The position numbers were made by a program, and so were the translations under genes. Under the pieces are notes generated by a model. The model made no database searches. It was not told the DNA's origin and saw only the letters and a list, made by a program, of their open reading frames with translations. This document shows positions 7,610 through 16,195 of a stretch of DNA of 36,304 nucleotides, one piece after another. Source of the DNA: Clostridia bacterium (GTDB taxonomy: Bacteria > Bacillota > Clostridia > Peptostreptococcales > Anaerovoracaceae); assembly GCA_024403155.1 (NCBI GenBank), contig JAKSSH010000001.1:1-36304 (forward strand), in the 5' to 3' direction. Positions within the stretch are counted from its first letter, which is position 1. Every line of letters begins with the position of its first letter.

Positions 7610-8740
7610 TTATTCAATCACTACTCCATCTTCGTCAATTACCACATCATCAGGAAGCTTATTTCCTTCCTCTGCAGCTAGAGCAAGTTCTCTTTCTCTT
7701 CTGGCCTTTTCTTTCTCTTCCTTGAGCTTATCCAAAAGCAGCTGTCCAAGAAGATCCTGGAACTGAACGTTGTTTTCAATGTATTCCTTAACATTCTCAC
7801 GACCCTGTCCGATTCTCTCGCCGTTATAGCTGTACCAGGAACCTGCCTTGTCAACGATTCCGGCATCAACAGCACAGTCAAGAACGTCTCCGGCCTTGGA
7901 AATGCCCTTTCCGTACATTATGTCGAATTCAGCCTGCTTGAATGGAGGTGCCACCTTGTTCTTTACTATCTTGGCTCTTGTTCTGTTACCTAGAACCTGA
8001 TCTCCGGACTTAATGCTTTCAACTCTTCTCACATCAATTCTCATTGTTGAGAAGAACTTCAGTGCACGGCCTCCTGTAGTTGTTTCAGGATTTCCGAACA
8101 TTACACCAATCTTTTCTCTAAGCTGATTTATGAAAATAATTGTTGTATTTGTCTTGTTTATAACACCTGCAAGCTTTCTTAAAGCCTGTGACATGAGCCT
8201 TGCCTGCATTCCTACTGTTGCATCTCCCATTGCGCCATCGATTTCATGCTTAGGAACAAGTGCTGCAACAGAGTCAACAACTACCACATCTAGTGCGCCA
8301 CTGCGAACCAGGGTTTCAGCAATTTCCAGAGCCTGTTCGCCATAGTCAGGCTGTGAAACAAGCAGTTCATCAACATCAACACCCAGATTTCTGGCATATT
8401 CAGGATCAAGGGCATGTTCTGCATCGATAAATGCCGCCTTGCCACCCTTTTTCTGAGCTTCAGCGATAATGTGAAGTGTCAGTGTGGTTTTGCCTGAAGA
8501 TTCAGGTCCGTATATTTCAACTATTCTTCCTCTAGGAACACCGCCGATACCTGTTGCAAGGTCCAGGCTCATGGAACCTGTGGAAATTGATTCAATGTTC
8601 AGTTTAGCGTTCTCATCGCCCAGCTTCATAACTGCGCCCTTACCAAACTGCTTCTGAATCTGAGCCATGGCACTGGCAAGCGCCTTTTCTCTTTCTTCAT
8701 CGCTTGCGAACTGCGGTCTCATGTCATTGTTTACTGCCAT
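7610..8740 (-). CDS. recA: Recombinase RecA
   Basis: GPESSGKTT Walker [42 protein letters not shown]. Confidence 0.99.
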   Translation of the reverse strand: MAVNNDMRPQFASDEEREKALASAMAQIQKQFGKGAVMKLGDENAKLNIESISTGSMSLDLATGIGGVPRGRIVEIYGPESSGKTTLTLHIIAEAQKKGGKAAFIDAEHALDPEYARNLGVDVDELLVSQPDYGEQALEIAETLVRSGALDVVVVDSVAALVPKHEIDGAMGDATVGMQARLMSQALRKLAGVINKTNTTIIFINQLREKIGVMFGNPETTTGGRALKFFSTMRIDVRRVESIKSGDQVLGNRTRAKIVKNKVAPPFKQAEFDIMYGKGISKAGDVLDCAVDAGIVDKAGSWYSYNGERIGQGRENVKEYIENNVQFQDLLGQLLLDKLKEEKEKARRERELALAAEEGNKLPDDVVIDEDGVVIE

Positions 8741-8763
8741 AATTGATTACCTCCATAATCCGT

Positions 8764-8775
8764 GAACATTTGTTC
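8764..8775. promoter_or_regulatory. LexA (SOS/Cheo) box at the predicted recA transcription start
   Basis: GAACATTTGTTC fits the Firmicute GAAC-N4-GTTC consensus. Confidence 0.85.
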
Positions 8776-8782
8776 TGTCACT

Positions 8783-8811
8783 ATAATACCCCTATATAAT
8801 AGCCCTGTCAA
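8783..8811 (-). promoter_or_regulatory. Sigma-A promoter for recA
   Basis: TTGACA (8811-8806), 17 bp, TATTAT (8788-8783). Confidence 0.8.
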
Positions 8812-8820
8812 TACATTTTT

Positions 8821-8832
8821 GAACATTTGTTC
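8821..8832. promoter_or_regulatory. Second LexA box upstream of the recA -35
   Basis: Identical GAACATTTGTTC. Confidence 0.85.
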
Positions 8833-8904
8833 GTATTTTTCAATATAAACCAATAAATGGTTTTATTGTCATTTATTACCATTATACTCTGCCCGACCAG
8901 TTTG

Positions 8905-10158
8905 TCAATAAATATTTTTATATATCATGTCAAACATAGAAAGCATAGCGTTATTTCTGTTTCTGTTTCTGTCTTTGAGTGTTCTGTTTATCTTGCGACA
9001 CTCTGCCTTTCCATTGTATACGAAACCTATATAGGCAAGCCCAACCGGCTTTTCTTCAGTTCCACCATCCGGACCTGCAATTCCTGTTACGGAAATGCCT
9101 ATGTCACTGCCACTTGCTCTCATAACGCCTTCTGCCATTTCCATGGCCGTTTCCTCACTTACTGCACCATACTTCTCAAGGGTATCAGGTTTAACTCCCA
9201 GTTCTTCAATTTTTGCCCTGTTGCTGTAAGTCACAAGACCTCTATCAAAGCATTCAGATACACCCGGAATGTCTGTAAGTGCTGCAGCAAACATTCCTCC
9301 GGTACAGGACTCTGCACTGGAAACCGTAAGACCTTTTTTAATGAGCAGTTCTGCAACCACCTTGGCATATGACTCTCCGTCAAAGCTATAGATGTACTGA
9401 CCGATCAATTCCTCAATGCGTCCAATCATTTCAGCTACAGCCTGCTCCGCTTCCTGTTTTGTTGCTCTCTTGGAAGCAACTCTAACTGAAGTCTGACCAT
9501 CCTTGGCATATGTTGCAACAGTTGGGTCTGTCTGGCCGTCGATTACAGGAAAAAGAACTGTTTCCAAATCTGATTCACCGATTCCGAATGTCATTATTTC
9601 CCTATAGAAAAGGCATCCCTCTGCCAGTTTCTCAAGCCATGGCTGAACGGATTTCTCGAACATCCTGGTCATTTCCTTTGGAGGACCGGGCATGCAGGCA
9701 ATCCACTGTCTCTCACCGGGACAGTCTGGTTTTGCACGATCCAATGCAAATCCCGGAGCTGTTCCTGCATCATTAAAGAACACTCTGCATCTTGATGGAA
9801 GAAGTGCCTGCTTTATGTTGTTGTCTGTCATTACAGCCTTGTAAGCCAGCATGCGTTTCCTGATGTAATCCAGAATATCATCGTGCATCACCAGCTCATC
9901 CCCCATTACCTGACATGCGATTTCCTTGGTCATATCGTCCTGGGTTGGTCCAAGTCCTCCAGTGGTGAGAACGATGTCACAATCCTTAAAGGATGTTTCT
10001 ATCATTTCAGCCAGTCTTTCAGGATTGTCCCCTACTGTATAGTGATACATCACATCAATACCAAGAGCATTAAGTTTCTGAGAAAGATAGACTGTATTTG
10101 TATTTGTGATCTGTCCAAACAGTAATTCTGTTCCTACGCTTAGTAAAGCCGCTCTCAC
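8905..10158 (-). CDS. cinA: Competence/damage-inducible protein CinA (MocF-like plus PncC NMN deamidase domains)
   Basis: SVGTELLFGQITNTN, TTGGLGPTQDD, PGPPKEM, SAESCTGG, TGIAGPDGG; pgsA-cinA-recA context. Confidence 0.95.
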   Translation of the reverse strand: MRAALLSVGTELLFGQITNTNTVYLSQKLNALGIDVMYHYTVGDNPERLAEMIETSFKDCDIVLTTGGLGPTQDDMTKEIACQVMGDELVMHDDILDYIRKRMLAYKAVMTDNNIKQALLPSRCRVFFNDAGTAPGFALDRAKPDCPGERQWIACMPGPPKEMTRMFEKSVQPWLEKLAEGCLFYREIMTFGIGESDLETVLFPVIDGQTDPTVATYAKDGQTSVRVASKRATKQEAEQAVAEMIGRIEELIGQYIYSFDGESYAKVVAELLIKKGLTVSSAESCTGGMFAAALTDIPGVSECFDRGLVTYSNRAKIEELGVKPDTLEKYGAVSEETAMEMAEGVMRASGSDIGISVTGIAGPDGGTEEKPVGLAYIGFVYNGKAECRKINRTLKDRNRNRNNAMLSMFDMIYKNIY

Positions 10159-10700
10159 TGTGAAAATACCTCTTTATTCTTAACTATGTATTCGATACCT
10201 GAGTAGATTGTCATTATAAGTGAAGCCCACAGGAATACCTGACCAACTGTCATGATTACCGGGAACTGCGGAAGTGCATGTGCCAGAATAAGTACCGGTA
10301 CAGCAATCATCTGCAGTACTGTCTTGATCTTGCCGCTCATTCCGGCAGCCACAACCAGCCCTTCACTTGCAGCAACTGTTCTCATACCTGATACAGCAAA
10401 TTCTCTTGCCAGAATTATGATGAACATCCAGGCTGGTACGGTTCCATCTCCAACCATGAGGCAGAAGGCCGAATAAACTAATATTTTATCTGCCAGCGGA
10501 TCCATAATTTTTCCGAAATTAGTTACAAGATTTCTCTTTCTGGCTATCTTACCATCCAGCATGTCCGTAAAAGAGGCCGCAATAAAAAGAAAAAGTGAAA
10601 TCCAGAAACCTGCAAGCCATTTTAATCCCAGAATATAAGCCATTACAAAGAATGGTACTGTTATTACTCTTGCTACTGTCAGTTTGTTAGGTAGATTCAT
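10155..10700 (-). CDS. pgsA: CDP-diacylglycerol--glycerol-3-phosphate 3-phosphatidyltransferase
   Basis: MNLPNKLT start with SD AAGGAAAGG; DMLDGKIARK...FGKIMDPLADK CDP-alcohol phosphotransferase motif. Confidence 0.96.
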   Translation of the reverse strand: MNLPNKLTVARVITVPFFVMAYILGLKWLAGFWISLFLFIAASFTDMLDGKIARKRNLVTNFGKIMDPLADKILVYSAFCLMVGDGTVPAWMFIIILAREFAVSGMRTVAASEGLVVAAGMSGKIKTVLQMIAVPVLILAHALPQFPVIMTVGQVFLWASLIMTIYSGIEYIVKNKEVFSQ

Positions 10701-10716
10701 ATTATACTGCCTTTCC

Positions 10717-12072
10717 TTATTTAACCTGAACTCCAACCAGATCGTAATCGAATGCATCCATAATCTGCACTTTCACGAAGTCTCCCGGTTTCAGTTCGTC
10801 ATCAGAGCTGAATATTACTGTATTATCTATTTCAGGAGCATCATACATGGTCCTGCCAATGTATGCTCCCTCTTCGTCTGTTCCATCAACAATCACATCC
10901 AGGCTGCTGCCAACCTTGGCATCATTGATTTCCCTGGAAATGTCAACCTGCATTCTCATTATGCTGTCCGCACGCTCAGCCCTGATTTCTTCAGGAATCT
11001 GATCTTCTCTATCTCCTGCGGAAGTGCCCTCCTCCTGAGAGTAAGCAAACACCCCAAGCCTTTCAAATCTGGTGTCGCGGGCAAAATCATAGAGCATGTC
11101 GAAATCCTCCTGAGTCTCCCCCGGAAAACCCGTTATAAACGTAGTTCTTATGTGAATGTCCGGCATTGCCTTTCTCAGCCTGTCAACTGTGTTTCTGATG
11201 CTTCCGGAAGTGGATCTGCGCCTCATTCCCCTGAGAACATTGTTAGAAACATGCTGAAGAGGTATATCTATGTAATTGGCAATGCGGGGCTGTGATGCCA
11301 TTACATCAATGAGTTCATTGGTAATCTTGTCCTCATAGCAGTACATTAGCCTGATCCATCTGAATCCCATATTAAGGTCATCTCCGCCAATCTGACACAA
11401 CCTATTTAAAAGCTCCGGCAGTTTAAGCTCCCCATAGATGTCTCTTCCGTATTCTGTAACATCCTGGGCTATGAGAATTACTTCTCTTGTACCGGCTGCA
11501 ATCATGGTTTCAGCTTCAGCAAGAATACTTTCCATTGGCCTTGACCTGTATCCGCCTCTGATTTGAGGGATTATGCAGTAGGCACAGCAGTTGTTGCACC
11601 CTTCAGCAATTCTTAGAGTAGCGGTATACGGATTGTCTTCAAGCTTTCTGGCACTGAACTCCTCAAATTCGCAAGGAGCAGGACTTCTGTAAACATGTGC
11701 CTGTCCGCATTTTTCCCCATTCCGGCAATCAGTTCTGTAGCATTCTATAATCTCAGGAAGTCTTTCGTAATCGTTTACACCCATGAAGATATCCACTTCA
11801 GGTATTTCCTGAACAAGTTCATCCGGATAACGCTGGGAAAGACATCCCGCAACCACAAGAATCTGCTTTTCCTTAAGCCTGATCATGTCAAATATCGTAT
11901 TGATGGACTCAGTCTTGGCATCATTAATAAAACCGCAAGTATTTACCAGAATGACATCCGCATTTGCGGGATTATCTGTTACAGTCATTCCGGCTTTTTC
12001 CCATATTCCTGCAATACCTTCTGAATCATTGAAATTCTTAGGACATCCCAGGGTCTCAATGTAAAGTTTCAT
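10717..12072 (-). CDS. rimO: Ribosomal protein S12 methylthiotransferase
   Basis: LGCPKN, NTCGFI, AGCLSQRY, IAEGCNNCCAYCIIP, C-terminal TRAM with DAPEID. Confidence 0.95.
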   Translation of the reverse strand: MKLYIETLGCPKNFNDSEGIAGIWEKAGMTVTDNPANADVILVNTCGFINDAKTESINTIFDMIRLKEKQILVVAGCLSQRYPDELVQEIPEVDIFMGVNDYERLPEIIECYRTDCRNGEKCGQAHVYRSPAPCEFEEFSARKLEDNPYTATLRIAEGCNNCCAYCIIPQIRGGYRSRPMESILAEAETMIAAGTREVILIAQDVTEYGRDIYGELKLPELLNRLCQIGGDDLNMGFRWIRLMYCYEDKITNELIDVMASQPRIANYIDIPLQHVSNNVLRGMRRRSTSGSIRNTVDRLRKAMPDIHIRTTFITGFPGETQEDFDMLYDFARDTRFERLGVFAYSQEEGTSAGDREDQIPEEIRAERADSIMRMQVDISREINDAKVGSSLDVIVDGTDEEGAYIGRTMYDAPEIDNTVIFSSDDELKPGDFVKVQIMDAFDYDLVGVQVK

Positions 12073-12073
12073 C

Positions 12074-14548
12074 CTATAAATCCTCTACAGATTCCTGCAT
12101 GTTGGCAAGATCTTCTTCTGAAATAAGTACAGCACGTGGACGGGAACCGTCAGGAGGTCCCACAATCTGCCTTTCTTCCATCATGTCTATGATTCTTGCA
12201 GCTCTGTTATATCCTATTCTGAATCTTCTCTGGAGCATTGATACTGAAGCGGCACCTGCACCCACAACCAGTTCAATGGCATCCGGAAGAAGCTCATCTC
12301 CCATATCGGATCTGTTACCCTTTTCAGCGTCAGGGGTGTTGACTCTTGAAATTGTATCCATAACGTCAGCTTCAGCAGCTTCATCGGCTGATCCCTGACT
12401 CTTAACATATTCAATCAGTTTCTTTACTTCATCGTCTGAAATGAACGGTCCCTGAATTCTTGTCGGCTTGTTGCTTCCAATCGGAGCGAACAGCATATCG
12501 CCCTTACCAACCAGTCTTTCGGCACCCACCATATCCAGAATGGTACGTGAGTCAACCTGTGAAGTTACTGCAAAGGCAATTCTGGAAGGGATATTAGCCT
12601 TAATCAGACCGGTAATTACGTTTACTGAAGGTCTCTGAGTTGCAACTATCAGATGCATTCCTGCTGCTCTTGCCTTCTGTGCCAGGCGGCAGATGGATTC
12701 CTCCACCTGTGAGGAGGCAACCATCATCAGGTCGGCCAGCTCATCGATGATAATTACAATCTGTGGTATAGTTCCATCCACTTCTCCGTCACGAACACGG
12801 TTTTTCTTCTGTGATTTCAGTTTGTTGTATGATGCAAAATCGCGAACACCGTTTTCAGCGAATTTCTTATATCTGTCATCCATCTCCGCAACAGCCCAGT
12901 TGAGCGCAGCTGCTGCCTTGGCAGCATCAGTTACAACAGGTATAAGCAGGTGCGGAATGCCGTTATAGTTTGAAAGTTCAACCATCTTTGGGTCAATCAG
13001 CACCATCTTAACTTCATCAGGTCTTGCCTTATAAAGCAAGCTGGCTATGATGCCATTAATACATACTGACTTACCGGAACCGGTGGATCCTGCAATCAGA
13101 AGGTGCGGCATTTTTGCAAGGTCTGCCACAATGTTCTTACCACCTATATCCTTACCAACAACAAATGATATCTTTGATTCAGCATTCTGGAAGTCCGCTG
13201 AATCAATCAGTTCACGGATTGATACCGTATTTGATCTCTCGTTTTCTATTTCTATGCCAACTGCACGCTTACCCGGAATAGGAGCTTCAATACGTATGCT
13301 CTTGGCTTCCATGTTAAGGGCTATATCATCATTCAGATTCTTGATTCTTGACACCTTGACACCACTGTTAGGATGTACTTCATATCTTGTAACCGTAGGT
13401 CCCTGGATAACGTTGGTTACTGTAGCCTCAATTCCGAAACTGTCCAGAGTGTCTTCAAGCAGTTCTGCTCTTTCTCTAAGTTCACTCTCACTTGCCATTG
13501 AAGTGCTGCGTTTAGGCATCTTCAGAAGGTCTATTGGTGGATATTCGTAGTCCTTATATTCCTCAGAAGGAATGAAATCACTCTGTTCAAGCTTGCTGTT
13601 TGCAGCTTCGCTCTTTGTAAGCTTCTTAGGTTCCTTTACAGGTTCTTCTTCTAGAATGCTCTTCTTTGTTCCTTCTCCGGCACCCTGAATTGAAATACCG
13701 CTATCCTTGGTATTTCTCTTTCTGGTTTTTTTGACAGGTTCCGGTGCTATTTCAACCCCGGCCTGATTCTCGCTAACATATCCCATAATCTTCTTCTGAC
13801 CTGCAGACATGCTGGAATCGCCTGTTTCCATTTCCATTCTCATCTGCTCATATCGCTGAGCTTCCTGAGCTGCCCGTTCTTTGGCTCTTTCTTCCCTTTC
13901 GAGTTCTCTTCTCTGCTTTCTCAATTTGATATTCTCAAAGAATCTGGATACCGGAGTGTTTATGAGCAAAAGCAGGAATACCAGAATTAATGCAAAGGCA
14001 AATATCAGAAGTCCCGGAACACCCATAAGGTTTACAATGCCGCTTCCAACACCCTGGCCGAATACACCTCCGCCATTTAGCATTACGCCGTCGTCAAAGC
14101 ACTTGGAAATTCCGCCCCAGTCGCCACCAGCAGCTACCTTATCCATGAATCTGGATGCATTAACCAGGTCAATCCCCAGATATATTATTACAAGATAGAT
14201 AATGGATTTAATTCCAATATGAATTGTTTTCTTCAGGAACAGCAGAATTCCGTAGATTATGAAATAGTACGGAAGGAAGAATGCCACAAATCCAAACATT
14301 CCCTTAAGTCCTTTTGAAATTCCTTCTCCAACCACTCCGGCAGCATGTGTCTGAAGCGCTATGATAAGAAAAACACCCAGGGCAATTACAATGATCCCCA
14401 GTATTTCATCCTTAATCTGAGCTTTTGACTCTCTTCTCATCTCCATCTGCTGAACATTTTTCTGAACAGCCTTTGATGGTGGTGTTTTCTTGCTGTTTTT
14501 GTTCTTGCTTCCCGGTGGTCTTCCCGGTCCTCTTTTTTTCTCAGCCAT
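12074..14548 (-). CDS. ftsK: DNA translocase FtsK/SpoIIIE
   Basis: N-terminal TM segments, IRIEAPIPGK, PHLLIAGSTGSGKS, IIDELADLMM, ATQRPS, gamma domain SMLQRRFRIGYNRAAR. Start may be 14548 or 14551. Confidence 0.96.
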   Translation of the reverse strand: MAEKKRGPGRPPGSKNKNSKKTPPSKAVQKNVQQMEMRRESKAQIKDEILGIIVIALGVFLIIALQTHAAGVVGEGISKGLKGMFGFVAFFLPYYFIIYGILLFLKKTIHIGIKSIIYLVIIYLGIDLVNASRFMDKVAAGGDWGGISKCFDDGVMLNGGGVFGQGVGSGIVNLMGVPGLLIFAFALILVFLLLLINTPVSRFFENIKLRKQRRELEREERAKERAAQEAQRYEQMRMEMETGDSSMSAGQKKIMGYVSENQAGVEIAPEPVKKTRKRNTKDSGISIQGAGEGTKKSILEEEPVKEPKKLTKSEAANSKLEQSDFIPSEEYKDYEYPPIDLLKMPKRSTSMASESELRERAELLEDTLDSFGIEATVTNVIQGPTVTRYEVHPNSGVKVSRIKNLNDDIALNMEAKSIRIEAPIPGKRAVGIEIENERSNTVSIRELIDSADFQNAESKISFVVGKDIGGKNIVADLAKMPHLLIAGSTGSGKSVCINGIIASLLYKARPDEVKMVLIDPKMVELSNYNGIPHLLIPVVTDAAKAAAALNWAVAEMDDRYKKFAENGVRDFASYNKLKSQKKNRVRDGEVDGTIPQIVIIIDELADLMMVASSQVEESICRLAQKARAAGMHLIVATQRPSVNVITGLIKANIPSRIAFAVTSQVDSRTILDMVGAERLVGKGDMLFAPIGSNKPTRIQGPFISDDEVKKLIEYVKSQGSADEAAEADVMDTISRVNTPDAEKGNRSDMGDELLPDAIELVVGAGAASVSMLQRRFRIGYNRAARIIDMMEERQIVGPPDGSRPRAVLISEEDLANMQESVEDL

Positions 14549-14635
14549 CATTACCTCTCAATATTTCAAAGCAGGAACATGTACGGACATCTTTGCCCTT
14601 TCCCGCATACATCGTCACATTATCATACATAATTG

Positions 14636-14644
14636 ATTATACCA
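14636..14644 (-). promoter_or_regulatory. Extended -10 promoter for the ftsK operon
   Basis: TGGTATAAT (TGnTATAAT) on the minus strand. Confidence 0.6.
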
Positions 14645-14720
14645 TATAACCACAAGAAATGGTAGTATTACTTGATTTCATACACTCTATTTTGGGTTTT
14701 GGATTAATTAATTCCACCTT

Positions 14721-14749
14721 TTGACAGTATACATATATAGTTGTATAAT
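14721..14749 (+). promoter_or_regulatory. Sigma-A promoter for asd
   Basis: Perfect TTGACA, 17 bp, TATAAT. Confidence 0.85.
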
Positions 14750-14785
14750 GTTTTCCGTACGAAATCACTTAGGAGGTCAGTAAAA

Positions 14786-15793
14786 ATGAAGAGAAAACCA
14801 AACATAGCAGTAGTAGGAGCAACAGGAGTCGTTGGATCAACTTTTCTCAGAGTGCTTGAGGAGAGAGATTTTCCTTTTGAAAACATCTACATGATGGCTT
14901 CTGCCAAGTCAGCCGGAAAGAAGCTGACATTCAAGGGAAAGGAATACACCGTTGAAGAACTGACCGAACATTCATTTGATAAACCCATTGATATCGCTCT
15001 GTTCTCAGCAGGCGGTGGCACAAGTGCAAAGTTCGCACCTATTGCTGCAGCTCACGGAACAACAGTAGTAGACAACAGCAGCCAGTGGAGAATGGATAAG
15101 GAAGTACCTCTCGTAGTGCCTGAAGTTAACCCTGACGACATCAAGGAAAGCAAAGGTATCATTGCAAACCCTAACTGCTCAACTATTCAGGCTGTAGTAG
15201 CTCTGAAGCCACTTCATGACAAGTACGGAATCAAGAGAGTCATCTATTCAACTTATCAGGCCGTAGCAGGTTCAGGTCTTAAGGGAATCAATGACCTGAA
15301 GAATGGTATCGAAGAAAATGACGAGCCACTTCAGGCATATGCACATCCTATCGCATACAACTGTCTGCCACACATTGATGTGTTCATGGACAATGGCTAC
15401 TCCAAGGAAGAAATGAAGATGGTTAATGAAACTCATAAGATTCTTCACGATGACAGCATCGGTGTAACCGCAACAACAGTAAGAGTTCCTGTATACTACG
15501 GACACAGCGAATCAATCAACATCGAGCTTGAAAAGCCGTTCGAAATCGAAGATATCGTTGAACTGTTCAAGAATTCACCGGGAATTATCGTTCAGGACGA
15601 TCTAGAAAACAATGTATACCCTCTTGCAACTGAAGCAGCAGGAACAGACGAAGTATACATTGGCAGAATCAGGAGAGACTTTTCAGTAGAAAACGGCATC
15701 AACATCTGGTGCGTAGCTGACAACGTACGTAAAGGCGCAGCAACAAATGCAATTCAGATTGCAGAAAAGCTTCTGGAAGTACTTCCTGACTAA
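14786..15793 (+). CDS. asd: Aspartate-semialdehyde dehydrogenase
   Basis: VVGATGVVG, DNSSQWR, VVPEVN, IANPNCSTIQ (catalytic Cys), VRVPVYYGHS, DNVRKGAA; SD AGGAGG before ATG 14786. Confidence 0.97.
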   Translation: MKRKPNIAVVGATGVVGSTFLRVLEERDFPFENIYMMASAKSAGKKLTFKGKEYTVEELTEHSFDKPIDIALFSAGGGTSAKFAPIAAAHGTTVVDNSSQWRMDKEVPLVVPEVNPDDIKESKGIIANPNCSTIQAVVALKPLHDKYGIKRVIYSTYQAVAGSGLKGINDLKNGIEENDEPLQAYAHPIAYNCLPHIDVFMDNGYSKEEMKMVNETHKILHDDSIGVTATTVRVPVYYGHSESINIELEKPFEIEDIVELFKNSPGIIVQDDLENNVYPLATEAAGTDEVYIGRIRRDFSVENGINIWCVADNVRKGAATNAIQIAEKLLEVLPD

Positions 15794-15821
15794 TGCAAAA
15801 GCAGACAGAACAAAAACGAAA

Positions 15822-15847
15822 AAAGCGACATCGTCTGATGTCGCTTT
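15822..15847. terminator. Bidirectional terminator between convergent asd and rpmF
   Basis: AAAGCGACATC-GTCT-GATGTCGCTTT perfect stem with A-rich and T-rich flanks. Confidence 0.85.
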
Positions 15848-15866
15848 AGTTTTGTCTTCTTTAAGC

Positions 15867-16043
15867 TTAGCCTTCCATGACGTCCTTGCCATCATAGTAG
15901 TTGCAATTAGGGCAAACTCTGTGAGGAAGCTTTGGTTCGTGGCACTGCGGACAAATTGAAACGCCAGGAGCCTTCTTCTTCATGTTTGCTGCCTTTCTCT
16001 GATGAGTTACTGCTTTTGAAGTTTTTCTCTTAGGTACTGCCAT
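15867..16043 (-). CDS. rpmF: 50S ribosomal protein L32 (Zn-ribbon form)
   Basis: [10 protein letters not shown]...CPQC...PHRVCPNC; SD AAGGAGGTG. Confidence 0.97.
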   Translation of the reverse strand: MAVPKRKTSKAVTHQRKAANMKKKAPGVSICPQCHEPKLPHRVCPNCNYYDGKDVMEG

Positions 16044-16125
16044 TGTTACACCTCCTTCGTGCCGATTATGTAAGCACGCCTCGCCGACTGGCATCGGCGC
16101 AATAAATTCTTATATTCTACGACAT

Positions 16126-16177
16126 AAAAATACCGTATGTCGCAACATTGAAAGTATACATGCGACATACGGTATTT
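16126..16177 (-). terminator. 17-bp perfect inverted repeat, probable ackA terminator
   Basis: AAATACCGTATGTCGCA (16128-16144) / TGCGACATACGGTATTT (16161-16177), 16-nt loop, U run on the minus strand. Confidence 0.65.
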
Positions 16178-16182
16178 GTCAA
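16153..16182 (-). promoter_or_regulatory. Sigma-A promoter for rpmF
   Basis: TTGACA (16182-16177), 18 bp, TATACT (16158-16153). Confidence 0.65.
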
Positions 16183-16195
16183 CACATATTTTATC

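Noticed and set aside
8763-8832. 13-bp direct repeat as a possible mini-CRISPR or insertion scar
   Set aside because: Only two short copies, both matching the LexA consensus and flanking the recA promoter.
8953-8973. Short GTTTCT tandem repeat near the cinA 3' end
   Set aside because: In-frame hexamer encoding RNRNR; too short to argue for phase variation.
14750-14785. Lysine riboswitch or T-box upstream of asd
   Set aside because: The leader after the consensus promoter is only about 30 nt, too short for either element.
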